NCBI GenBank assembly: GCA_051362555.1
Contig: CM120640.1
Span: 11,904,001 to 11,968,000 of the forward strand
From: Lingula anatina
Lineage: Eukaryota > Animalia > Brachiopoda
Length of the DNA stretch: 64,000 nt
Direction: 5' to 3'
The notes under the pieces were generated by a model. That model was not told where the DNA came from, did no database searches, and saw nothing but the letters and a program-made list of their open reading frames with translations. A program made the translations under genes and the position numbers. Every line of letters begins with the position of its first letter. The stretch's first letter is position 1. Shown in pieces: positions 1 through 12,271 of the stretch.

Positions 1-48
1 ACAAAATAAATAGGTTTTCTTTAAGCGCTCACTATGATCATATTCCAG

Positions 49-1664
49 ATTGTGGATCTCTTGTCGTCAAAGAATCATGCTGCTCTGACACGTGCCAAAA
101 TCAATGATTACACGACGCAGGTAGTGGATTACTATGGAGCGGTGTTCTCGGAGACAGACCCAAAAGGAGGCACTTCGCACGTGTCCATTCTGGACTCCCA
201 AGGGGACGCGGTCTCTGTAACGAGTACCATCAATTTTTAGTACGTATGCTGCCAGTTACTCTTTCGATTTACAACAAAGATTTTTTTGACATTCCCAATC
301 CTTTTCTTTGAGAAATGAGCTTTGTAGTTATATATAATTTGACATTAAGTATTTGTTTTCACAATTGATATGTGTAAGTTTGTATTTTGAACAAATTAAA
401 AGCAGATATAAATGTTTGTTAGCTCATTATATTCCAAAACTGTGTATATCTAAATAGGTTCATCCCTGATTTTACTTTTTAAAAGTCCCGATCCCCATAT
501 TTTTATCCAACTATACTTTCATGGTTAAATTCCTTGCGGTTTTACTTACAGCTTGGGGTCTTTGGTACGAGGTAACATTACAGGAATTGTATATAACGAC
601 GAGATGAATGATTTTTCACTGCCATCAACCCCAAACGCATTTGGCCTGCCACCATCGGCTGCAAACTTTATCCATCCACAGAAGCGTCCCATGTCGTCTA
701 TGGCACCGGCAATACTCGTTGATAAACATGGCGACGTCCAACTTGTACTTGGGGCAGCAGGCGGGTCTAAAATAACTTCGACTCTGGCAGAGGTATTTTT
801 ATGTACATTTTGTCACAGGGAAATCTCTGTAAAATGACTTCTGATTTGCTTGCTTTAATTTGAGAACAGAGAAAATTCATTAAAAGCAGAGGATGAAAAA
901 ATCTTTGTCAATTAGATTGTAAAAAGAGTTTGTTTTTGAGTGACAACTGAAATATTAAGCTAACCAGGAAAGAGAAAGAGAGCTTATCTCATTATGATAT
1001 AAAACAAACCTACTGCATTGAATTATTTTGATGAAGTTTGGCACAATGGCATTTGCCAGTCACTTTAATGAATTCAATTTTTTTTTCTAGATAATAATGC
1101 GCTGTGTTTGGTTTGACGAGGATATTAAACAAGCAGTAGATTACCCCAGATTACATGATCAGCTGATACCAACAACTGTGTTTTATGAGAAAAATATGCC
1201 ATCTGTAAGTGCAATTATACCATCTTACTTTTGATTAAAATGATCAATTCATATCATAAACAACAAACTACACAAAATTTAAAGTGTTACCCTGACAATC
1301 TTTTTTTATTTTTTTTTTAATTTATTTTTTTCTAATGATTTGCTTAATTGTTTAATTCATTGGTTTACATGTAAATGTCTTTCATTCAAAAATCTGTTCA
1401 ATATCTACCAGAAGAACCATGTTCAATTTTTCTATTTGTGAGAACAGATTATTTTACATTAGGGTCTATTTTTAAAATAATTTGACCATGTATTATGCTT
1501 TCATTTTGCAGACAATTCTTGCCTCTTTGGTGGAAAGAGGACATAACATGACATTATCCAACCCAAATGGTCGTTTCTCAGTTGTAGAAGGCATCCAGCG
1601 GAAAGATGGGAAAGTCTATGCAAATTGTGACTTCAGAAAAGGCGGAAACCCTGCTGGATACTGA
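49..1664 (+). CDS. GGT1: Gamma-glutamyltransferase / glutathione hydrolase 1-like, 3' part (5' exons lie outside the window)
   Basis: Exons 49-239, 552-792, 1091-1204 and 1512-1664 are in phase with GT-AG introns. Motifs: GTSHVS (catalytic Thr), [36 protein letters not shown] and C-terminal DFRKGG-PAGY. Confidence 0.93.
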
Positions 1665-2478
1665 GCAAAATATCAAATATAAAAGGGAAACTCAGGGTTT
1701 TTTTCACACAAATCTCAATGTCTGATTTGCCCAGCTCGGATTAACAAGTAATATAACAGATGGAGTCTAGTCTTTGCCAGTGGGAATACATGGAACAGGT
1801 GATGCACCAACGCCAGTCATCACTGCTGCGTCCTAAATCTAGATCTCTCATTATGAATATTTCCATGCATTCATTGACATCAGGCAGCATCTTCTGATAA
1901 GAAATAATAGGATGTGTGTTTGTTGTGATTCTGTTGGTATGTTTGGGTGAATCTGTTGGACAAGAAAAGTTCATTCAATTGCCAAGTAATGATAGTCCCT
2001 ATGGCAAGGCAGTGTCTGATATAAATTTTAGTGTGTCATTGAAGTGGATTAGTTTATAAATTGTTCAGAAAACTTTTGTTGAGAAATTGGTCACAGCACA
2101 TGTAGACCTATCAGAATATGATACAAAGATTTTGTATCACAGTGCTTGCATATAATTATTAACTCATCAATTGTTATACAAAAGATTGTCTGCGATATGA
2201 TCTCTTTTTTTTTATAAAAGGTGTGCAAAGCCATTGTTTTATTATAGTTTAACTTTGAATTTAGTATGAAGAACTTCCAATATTTAATAAAAGCACTACC
2301 TCCATATAGCCAATAATACTCATTCAGCACTGTAACAATAATGTTCCACTGCTGTCAGGCATGGGCTGTTAATGTATTTGAACTGCTACCATAGCTTCAA
2401 AAGCAAGATGTGTAACAGGATTCACAAACAACAGTCACCAAATACTGCATAACTATTAATATATTTTACAGGGTCTAA

Positions 2479-2725
2479 GGGACCATTCCCACAGATATTT
2501 GGATCGATCTATCTCCCTGGGGAGTCTCACTAAATTGCTGTCAACTTGGCCTGCTTAAATGTCTGTCACGCCTAATAAAACTGTTGAGGGGTAAGTATCT
2601 TTACCCCCTGGCTGATTTGGTAGGCATGACAAACATTTAAGCTGGTTAGTTAATAACAATTTAGTGAGACTCCCCAGGGAGTTAGATCAATCCGGATGGA
2701 TCGATCTATGTATGGAAACCCAGTT
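2479..2725 (+). mobile_element. Tourist/PIF-Harbinger-like fold-back MITE, family T, copy 1
   Basis: About 250-bp imperfect palindrome centred on GGGGTAAG-TAT-CTTTACCCC and flanked by TAA. Four more copies occur in the window. Confidence 0.8.
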
Positions 2726-3670
2726 TAAAACTAATTTGAATTCTCATAAAGATGAGTCTAGATTTTTTTCTTTATATGTTATGACATTGCATTTACATTT
2801 TCCTTTTTTGTGTTTTTATGCAAGTCATAGAGATGATGATAATATGTGTAAATTATATTTTTCTAGCATGGTCTCACCAACAGTTTGTTGTATTTAAAAT
2901 GTTTAGTTGTAACACTGGGGGTAAAAAGCCTGTGAACTATACTCTCTCTTGCCAGTATTATTAGAAAAAGGGTAATGATAGGGAACCTCCTTTTTAACTC
3001 ACTTTGAATGTACTGTAGTTTGTTTAAATTGCCTCAGTTTTAAAGAATGGTGTACATTTTAAATAACTGAATCTCAGAAATATATTGAAAGTTTTAAAAT
3101 GCAGTATTTCATCCTTCATCACCAAAACCTAGTCACATGTAATTTTGTAATATAGCCTTGTTGTATAATATAGTCTTTGTAGATTTTTCATCATCATAAT
3201 AATAATGATTTTAAGTTTAGTATTTGTATACCAAAGTTAGGTTTGTACGAGATGAATCTCCCAATCATTTTATTTCATAATGATCATAGTAGTAGAACAC
3301 TGTCTCATATGAGGTTGTGCATAACACAATCAAATGTAAGTGAACGGAATTAGTTCCCTATGGGAATATATTTAAACATCTGCCTGCAAATTTCTACAGA
3401 AAAACAATAAAAGATGGTGAAACATTACACTGGCTGTTGTTTTTATGATTTCAATGGGGCAACTTGGTTCAAAGTTGTGTTTTTCTTTCTTTTTTTCTGC
3501 TCAATTAGTAATTCAGCAAATAGCCATCTTACAGGTGATAGCTATAGGGATATGTCAGTGAAAACCATTTCTCAATATATCATCCATCAACTTATTTTGA
3601 CAATATCCTGTTTTTTTAAAGGCCCTTATTCTGAAATATTGAACTATATGTGTTAGCCTTAGTATCTTAA

Positions 3671-4860
3671 GGCCACTAATAGTAAAACGACCAAAGGCAT
3701 AGAAACAATGCCCTGGGCTTATAATTTTTTATAAAAAAATTAAAACATACTTCCCAAAAGGCCAACGGATGACACTATAGCGCCACTTTGGGGCAAAAAA
3801 TGCTGTTTTCGGATTTGGGATATTTTCTATAACCAAGACAGCTATTCAAGTGATTCAAACGGCCTCATAAAGCTGGGTGAAAGCACATCAATCGGATACC
3901 AGGGAATTGTCTTAAACTATTTACTTTTGATTTTATCGTCTTTTACGTTAAATTACCCCATATTTCAATGGGTTAATCACTTCAAAAGACGATAACTTTC
4001 AAGCAAACAATTTCCTCTAAAACCCCTGACATCAGGCTGTAGTCCACTTGTGTTAATACGAGTTTTTGACAGGTAACGTTGCAGGATTATTTTGCACGGC
4101 ACTTGGTAATTGTCAGATCAACAGAAAAATCCAGTGATTACTTCAGAGTGGTATCTCTCAAAATGCCAGCTAAGATAAAGGGGAGATGCTCAGCTGCACA
4201 AGAATCAGCGGTAAAAGTGGCTGAGAGAAGGCTTTTGAATAAAATGATAGAGTGTGGGCGAGTTTTGAAACCACGAACGTGTTGATTGTAAAAAGTATCG
4301 ATTCATATCTTTTGAAGCATGTAAAAGGTGCGTTGGCATTTTACAGTGGATTGCGTTTAATACCAGATCATTCATTGTACTTTAGGCCAACATGAAGTTA
4401 TTATTTTATGAATACCTCTGATGTGTTGAGGTACTACATACCATCCGAATGAACAAATACCGGTTTTCCCCAACCGCCACGCATACTCTCTTTCAAAATT
4501 TTCTTTCTTTCCTCTGGAAATGGACTTGTAACACGAACTTTTCCCTTCCCCATAGCGTACTCGACTTCTTCACTGCTTAGCTAATGTAAGACTTATGACC
4601 TATTACCGCACACGTAATCGGCTTACGACTCATTTACTATGCTCCGCCCCCTCATGGCAACGACCCTTAGCTACAGAGGTGTAGCTTAGTTGTCAGCCTG
4701 ACTGGGGCACGTGTCTGTTGAAAAACTCCTCAAAAGACTCATTTTGCGGTGCAAATTCAAAAAAATTATTACATCCAACGTTAGATACTTTTTTGATTAA
4801 TATGAACACACAAAAAAGTCAAAAACATGATTTTAAGCGTAGTTTACCCTTTTACTGGCC
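3671..4860. mobile_element. Non-autonomous TTAA-flanked DNA transposon (Kolobok-like)
   Basis: TTAA at 3667-3670 and 4861-4864. Imperfect TIRs GGCCACTAATAG / rc GGCCAGTAAAAG. CpG-richer interior with no transposase ORF. Confidence 0.7.
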
Positions 4861-5152
4861 TTAATAGAACTTGTAGAACCATAGAAGTGGATATTATCTA
4901 CTTCTTTGTCAGAGCTGAACCATGTGGCTGAGCCAATGTAACACTTCAGTTGGTACAATTAGTGTTAATAACCTAGAATTCCTAGTTTATAAAAATATGT
5001 AACTTGCAGTTATATTTGCTAATAACTATAGTCCAGCATTATTTAAAAGAAAAGACAAGTTACATCATAAGTAACTAGATAAAATAGTCTTATTTTCCAC
5101 TAATTTTTCTGTTTGAACAATATGGAACCTGTTTTCTGCCAATTGCATTTTA

Positions 5153-5570
5153 CTACAGCTTAGATTTAGAAAACCTATCTATTTTGAAAGGATAGAGGTT
5201 ATGTGATGGCGCTTTCTGCATCACCAGTTCTGCCAGCACTTTACCAACAACTGGGCCAAGTTTGAACCCTGTCCCTGGAAAAGAAATACAATTTGGATTG
5301 AGATTATGAAAGTTATTGCATTTAATATTCTGATGATGACATGTAGTTTTGGAGTAAAATACAGCAACAAGAGTTGTCATGGTAATTCATATGTAGGAAA
5401 AGATTGTAGTAGTGCTTATATATATATGTACAAAAATTCACTTGGTATCACTAGGTTTTCTTACCAGAGAAACCTGCTCCTATGACTATATTCTCATACT
5501 TGGGGTGTCGATCAAGAATGAAATTATGATCAGGAGTTACCTGGAGAGAAATTGATGATATCCTATTAGA

Positions 5571-5648
<78 letters not shown>

Positions 5649-8600
5649 TAGCTCTAACAGTGCACTGCCACAATTTAAAGATGCTAATTGATAAATATAT
5701 AGCAATTTAAAATAATAATAAAATTCTCCAACACTCCCATTCCACACAAATGTCAACAAAGTCGTGTAAAGTGCTTGGGGAATTGAAGTTTATGGTATTA
5801 TGCATTACAACCAGTAGGGAAATAACCTGGTAAAGAGATACGTAGTACAAATCATATATAAGACAAAATATATGAAAGCCTGCAAAACATCATATTCTGA
5901 CATTCTCTTAAATATGAGGAAGAGTCTGATATGTGAACATGGCATCCTAGAGCTAGAATACAATTAATAATCCTTAATGCCAGAGAAAACTCACAGTGTA
6001 CATGCATCTCTCCATAACACTGGGCTTGTCCTCAAGGCCTGGTAAGTGTTTCTGCAGAAACTCAGCAACCAACTTGACATCCCACTGATCCTGATTATTG
6101 GCATCTCTAGCATCAGGATCTGCAGCCCTTCCAGTGTGGAGATCAACCTGTAAAATGATTTTCATTTTGTGTTCAAATAATTTTATTACATTTAGAACTA
6201 TAGTCATATACTTATTTCTGAAAGGTCCCACATGAAGTTTTCATATATGACAAGTCTAAGACCCCATACCCGCAGATTTTAGATCGATCTATCCCTGTGG
6301 GGAGTCTCACTAGATTACTGTCAGCTTAGCCGGCTTAAGCGTCAGTCCCACCTACTAAAAGCTGTAAGGGGGTAATTAACTACAGTGCATGCTCAGCTGA
6401 CATCAATTTAGCGTGAACCCCCAGGGAGTTAGGTAGATCTAGATGGATCGATCTAAATCTATGGGAATGCAGTCTAAGACTGCATTCATATTCACACATT
6501 GTACTAAGTGGGTCAGTCCAACGTTGTCTGGCAAATAAAGAAAAAATACACAATTTAGAAAGGGTAGTTTCAGACAGATTGGGACTCTTCTCTGGATTCT
6601 TGCTAAAAGGCAATCAGTGGAATCAGCTTAATTGTCTGACATGGTTTCTCTAACAGCTAGGGGGAATTAGCTATTGTGTGCTGATTAAGCTGATTCCAGT
6701 GGTTACACATTAGCCAGAATCCCTTGCAGAGTTGTACTGATCCAGCTTGTACAATGTGTGAATCTAAATATGCCCTAACTGTTGTTTTGCTGTTCGAGCA
6801 TATTTAATAAAACCAATGTACTAGTAAATGGAATCAATAAAATTTTCAAAAAGGTTACTTAAAAATTACATCACATTTTTAAATCTACATTGCATACATA
6901 TACATATAATTTTTCTAGATGTAAACATATTCATTTCTTATCACCACCCATGTTACAAGAACTTGACATGTTACCACCATATATAAAAGCTTACACATCA
7001 GTTATATACCAGTATATATACAAACACCACAAAAACATGCAAAATTTAATATCTATACACACACCACTAGCTTTACAGCAATTTTATGAATTTGGGCTAC
7101 TGATTAATGTTGTAGCATTTATATATTGCTCATCTCTATTCTTGCAGAAATATCAACCAAGTACTGTGGGCATCTACCTTCATCAACCCAGGGTACTCCT
7201 CACATGGAAGGCCATAGAATTCTTGTAGCCTGTCTCTACTTGAATGTATAAAACATGGCATTCTACCTGGGCTGTATTCACCTTGCTCTTTCTCCTTCCA
7301 GTAGAGGACATTTATTGCCAAAGGCTGTAGGTAAATAGTTTTGAAATATTGAAATAAATATTTTTTCCTCAATTTCAACTATTATTAACAAACAGTTTGT
7401 AAAAAAAAACATTCTCCATTATCTACTTAACATAGATATGGAAAATTTTGAAAACTTTTTAGACTTAAAGTTGCAAATGAATAGAGAAATGTATTTAACT
7501 CTTGTACACTTTTTATAGCAAACTGTAAAGGTGCAAAAACTATTAACCTTCCATACCATCTATAAACAATAAAATTAAGTTATTGAAGCAAATTAAGCAA
7601 ATACAATTACATTCAATTTCAATACCTCTCTAAAATTATTTTTCACATCATGTAGTATGTGATGCAAACATAACTTTAAAAACCACACTTTTGTGTAAAA
7701 AATAAAGATCTTGGGGAAAAATCTCACCTGAAGGGGTAATTTTAAGTTCAAAGGTTCCAACAGTTTATTGGTCCATGGTCCTGCAGCAACTACAAGATTC
7801 TTTGTTTTATAAGTATCTTGTTTGGTATGAACAGATATCAAATGCCCTGGTGTAATGTTTACTACTTTTTCTCCATCCTTTATTGTACCACCAGCACTTG
7901 AAAATAAGCTCTGGATAAGAAAAAGTAGACTGGAATTATGTAGAACAGTTTCATTAGCTATGTTATTGTAATAGACTTGTGAGGATTCTTTTGTCTATAG
8001 CTCCTTATATTTTAGATGAAATATTGGATGGTAAGATCAGATAAATATAAGTAGCCATAGACAAAAGAATCCTCACAAGTCTAGACTGGAATTAGTTTTG
8101 ATTTAAAACAAGACACATGCAATGTCCAGCCTCTGCTTCATGGTGCCAAGCTACATGTATGACTGGCAGACCTGATGAATGAATCGATGATCTGATGGAT
8201 GGTGAAATCTGTTAAGACAAACAAGAACATTTCTATACATCAGTCCTCCACTGGATTGCAATTTCATTCTGTAAAATTTGTTACAAATTCCATCAGTCTA
8301 AAAAAAAAACATATACCTGAATAGTTTTAAGAGCTTGATCAGCTCTTAAAATACCACCATCATCTTCCAAAGTGGCATGGTACTGGTTTGGGAATGTCAG
8401 CATTGGGAATTGCTTCTTTAAATCTCTAGGCCCCAGGCGTTTATAGTACACTCCAAACTTGGCAAGATTAGACTCCATCACTTTAATTCCTTCATATGGA
8501 TGACATTCCAGTGTCAATATTCCTACTTTTCTGCAATTGTAAGTGCAGACCAGTGTATCTAACCATGGGAATCTTTCATGTCAGAATGAATATGTGCTTG

Positions 8601-11600
8601 AAATAATTATAATATTTGTTTAGAGTCTAAAATCCAATTTTGCTTAATAGACTTTACAATAAATATTAAAATAAATGTTAAATTGAAGAGGAAGAATGGC
8701 AATATATATAATATTTGCTTTAAATTACTAGTTTGTAAAATTAAAAGGCTGTGATTTCATTAATTATAAAAGTCCATTAAAAGGTCATTAAAATATTCTA
8801 GAGCCATAAAACCTGTTATAGAATTGCCTAAAAAGATACAATTCCTTTTCCTGGTGACACTGAACTAATCACTGAGGTCTTGTACAGCTAGCATGAGCAT
8901 CAAGCCTAAAAAAAAAAAAAAAAAAAAAAAAACGAACCTGTATAAGGCAATCCCAGATTCTCTCTCTATTTCCCTCCATAATTTATAGGCATCCATCATC
9001 ATTTCAACATAAAAAGGTTCGGCATAACCATGCCTAATTATACGTGAGGCTCCATGAGAACTCCCTCTGGTATGTGGCAATGGAAACTGAAATCAAATGT
9101 TACAGGATAACAATCCATGTCAGTAAAAATAGACATCTTTTTAATTTGTTCACATAACTTATATTAAATGAAACATTTCAAAACATTTCTAAATAGTACT
9201 CATAATTTTACTATATAGCATTTATATGTATAAATTTACTTTTTTGATATCTATTATAGTTACATACGTAGCATTATACTGAAGTAGTTAATGTTACAAA
9301 AATGTATGTATATGTAATATGACCTAAAAGAGCTGGAGATTCAAAAACGAAAAAATTAAAGTTACTAGAAATTAAATTTATGCATGGATGGAACATACAT
9401 GAGTTAATGATATCAATGTACTCTAAATGTTGTGCTGTGTTCAGAATAGAAGTTATCTTAGCAGGACCAATCTACTGTACCTCAGCAGGAATTCTCACCA
9501 AGGTGCAGTCAGTGTAATCACATTAACTGTCTTGCACATCCCCTCAAGACTTAAAAGCACTTGGGAAAGTAAGGAAAACTTTGCTTGATCCATGATGTTG
9601 TTCATGTTGCTTTGCAATTAAGGGGGCATGCTGGATAATTTAGATGATTACATTGACTGCGCCTTAGCTAGAATCCTCGCTGAGATAGATCGATCCTGTT
9701 CACACAATAACTTTCATCCTGAAAACAGCATTTTTGTGCTAAAGATTTTTTATCTCTGGCAATTTCAAAGGGCCAGTCTGGTCAACCAAAATCTAATAGC
9801 CAAATTATCAGTCTATACTTTTGTAAGTTTCAGATTAAGCACAATTTTAGTACCCTCTCCCAGGGTGACAGATTGATTTTTCACAGATATTCACAGATAT
9901 GTCTCCAGATAAATAGACAGTCATTTGGCTCTCTGGCACCCTGTGATGAAATCTCAAGGCTGATTACATGGCTGGTAATTGTTTGCTTAACTGCGCAGGC
10001 ACTGCCACTTAACAGACCTAAATGTGTGTCCACGTCCTGCAGATTTACGTATCTGTAGCTGGTGTTGTCTGTTTAACTTCTTTGATTGTACTTTGTACGT
10101 AAAGGTCGAGATCAGTAAAGGTCAGTAAACATTCCTTTTCCGGTATGATATCCAATTTTTATTTTTTATTATTTATTTATTTATTATTATTTTTAACACG
10201 TATTTATCTATATAGCCTTTATGTAAACATTAAAATCATGTATATTTATTCATTTACTTGTTTGTACTCTAGTTAGTTGTACTAGTTAGTTGTACTGTCT
10301 TTGATTGTACCTTATTTGTGAAGGTGTATCAATAAAGAATCCCAATCTAAGTCCCCTTGACAGTAATCATGACAGTTAAAATTCCTCTGACCTTAAAGAG
10401 ATAATAACTCATTTTTACATTCAAAGTTGGTCCCTGGTTTTTTTCTAAAAAGTTTGGTTTTTTGTTAAAATCTGTTAAGAGATTTTAACAGAGTATATCC
10501 ATCAATGGAGGTCACGTGGTCTAAAGACAAGCTCAGATATCAGAATAATAGCTATAACTGCCGTTTTTGTGGTAAAACAGAATAAAATATATTTCTATGA
10601 GTTATTCACAATGTTTTTATTGTGAAATATAGATCTCATACGAAGAGTTATTATCCCTTTCATCACTTTCTCTTCTGTAACAGATAAAAATAGCCCCTTA
10701 TGAATAGCTTGTTACTTCAGACTGAAGTTAATATGATATGAGGTATCTCCTGTAGTAGCTCCTTACAGAGCAGGTACAATGCCATATGCGCAGGTGAAGA
10801 TTTATTGCTTCCATCTGGCCAAAAGTCAGAGGGTGACTTTTTTCATTTTTCCATATATAATCTGCTACCCTGGTAGAGGGTACAATTTTAGAATATATAT
10901 ATGCAACTGCCTGTGGGGGACTTGGGTCTTTTAGATAAACTAGTATAAACTATATACCTAGAGTTACCTGGAAGTTTCAAAACTCAGCACTATAATTACT
11001 GATTTATAGTTTCTGATGTATGATACATTAAGTTAAAATTAAGACATACATGTATAAGTACAATTTATTGATCCAAATTTTAACCAACTCATAACATTAT
11101 TAAATATCTTCTTGTAAATGTGTTAATTTTTTAAAAAAATATATTGATCCAAATTTTAACTAGCCAATAACATTATTAAATATATTCATGTGAATATTGA
11201 CCATTTAAAATTAATTCCATTTCAATTAATTTTAGAGGGGCCGTAGCAATAGTCCGAAGGTTCAATAGTCCGAAGGTTCATTGGTCCGAATATTCACTAT
11301 AGAACCTTCGGACCAATGAACCCTTGATTAAAAAATCGATGAAAATGTTACCACTTTTCGGACCAATGAACCTTCTGACCAATGAACCTTCGGACTATCG
11401 AGACGCCCCCAATTTTAGAAAATAATAAAATAATCATAATTATTGAATTGTGATTATTTTAGCCCGATTTTCCCCCTTTACATTGCATTTAGGTTATTTA
11501 CTGAGCAGCATACTGAACATGAAAAGTGAATATTGTAGTTTAATTATTCGGACTGTGATTATTATCAATTCGCTCACCTGCTCCAAAAGCAAAGTCTTGT

Positions 11601-11679
11601 GCCCGTTTCTTGCTAGTTGCCAGGCGGTGGAGGAGCCCTCAATTCCTCCCCCGATTACGATGGAGTCCCAGGTAGCCAT
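5153..11679 (-). CDS. PIPOX: Peroxisomal sarcosine oxidase / L-pipecolate oxidase (about 381 aa, 8 exons)
   Basis: Exons 11679-11578, 9086-8938, 8530-8317, 7910-7728, 7324-7178, 6147-5995, 5540-5465 and 5274-5153. Motifs: GGGIEG FAD fold, [15 protein letters not shown] (covalent-FAD Cys), [12 protein letters not shown] and C-terminal SKL (PTS1). Confidence 0.95.
5573..5645. repeat. Compound microsatellite (TA)n(GA)n in PIPOX intron 6
   Basis: Directly visible dinucleotide runs. Confidence 0.95.
6260..6474 (+). mobile_element. MITE family T, copy 2 (diverged)
   Basis: Shares GATCGATCTATC..GGGGAGTCTCACTA and CCCCAGGGAGTTAG with copy 1; flanked by TAA on both sides. Confidence 0.75.
6592..6722. 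repeat. Small palindromic element (MITE-like); related partial copy near 35217-35288
   Basis: GGATTCTTGCTAA..TGGAATCAGCTTAAT pairs with ATTAAGCTGATTCCA..TTAGCCAGAATCC. Confidence 0.55.
7972..8083. mobile_element. 112-bp hairpin MITE with TA ends
   Basis: About 40-bp arms: TAGACTTGTGAGGATTCTTTTGTCTAT.. and ..ATAGACAAAAGAATCCTCACAAGTCTA. Confidence 0.7.
10393..10660. mobile_element. Short relative of the TTAA-flanked element at 20199-20818
   Basis: Ends TTAAAGAGATAATAACTC and GAAGAGTTATTATCCCTTT. 10417-10490 matches the reverse complement of 20651-20725. Confidence 0.65.
11237..11410. mobile_element. MITE with 9-bp TSD (Mutator-like) and internal 15-bp repeats
   Basis: TSD AATTTTAGA at 11228-11236 and 11411-11419. 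GGGG..CCCC termini. Tandem (A/T)T(A/G)GTCCGAAGGTTCA units inverted at the two ends. Confidence 0.85.
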
Positions 11680-12271
11680 TGCTGTTCACCTTTTATGCTG
11701 GTATCCCCTTACTAGGTGTCTGGCAGAATAACACCTTGACACTGTCAGATAACTTTCAGACAGTGAACAGACTCCGTATTGTTAATGCGTGTTATGTTAT
11801 CATTAAGGTCGCGTAGCAGATTGCAGCCAACATAGTGAAGTTCTATTCTGCAACATTGTTGTTCCATAAAATATTTTTCGTGTTACAAGTTGCCCACTGC
11901 ACTGTAGCAAATAACATTACAAGGCTTCGAATTTATGACTTTTAGAGGTCTAGCTATATTCGGACAAAAACAACGTGCTTCTCTTGTGTACAGTGCTGCC
12001 TCTGTAACTGGGATTAGTTCCGCGTATAATTGGGTTCAATAATGCACTTGAATTTAATACATGTAGTTGGGAGAGTACATTTCCATGTAAGTCATTGGAT
12101 ACATATAAAACATAATTTACTATTATTTAGTAAATTTAGGCGATCATAAACTATAAAATCCTAAACCTTACCCAAGAAGATAGGAAGATACATTCTGCGA
12201 GACGAACCTGAAAATGTAACACTGGTGAGTGAGTAGAACGGGGGAAATCCGCGAGGTACCAGGTAATTCTA
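11680..12271. promoter_or_regulatory. Putative bidirectional promoter between PIPOX and the EF-hand gene
   Basis: Head-to-head start codons 592 bp apart with a locally higher CpG frequency. Confidence 0.55.

Noticed and set aside
4079-4285. 68-aa ORF inside the TTAA-flanked element
   Set aside because: It could be the truncated start of a transposon gene, but it has no recognisable THAP or DDE motif and cannot be supported.
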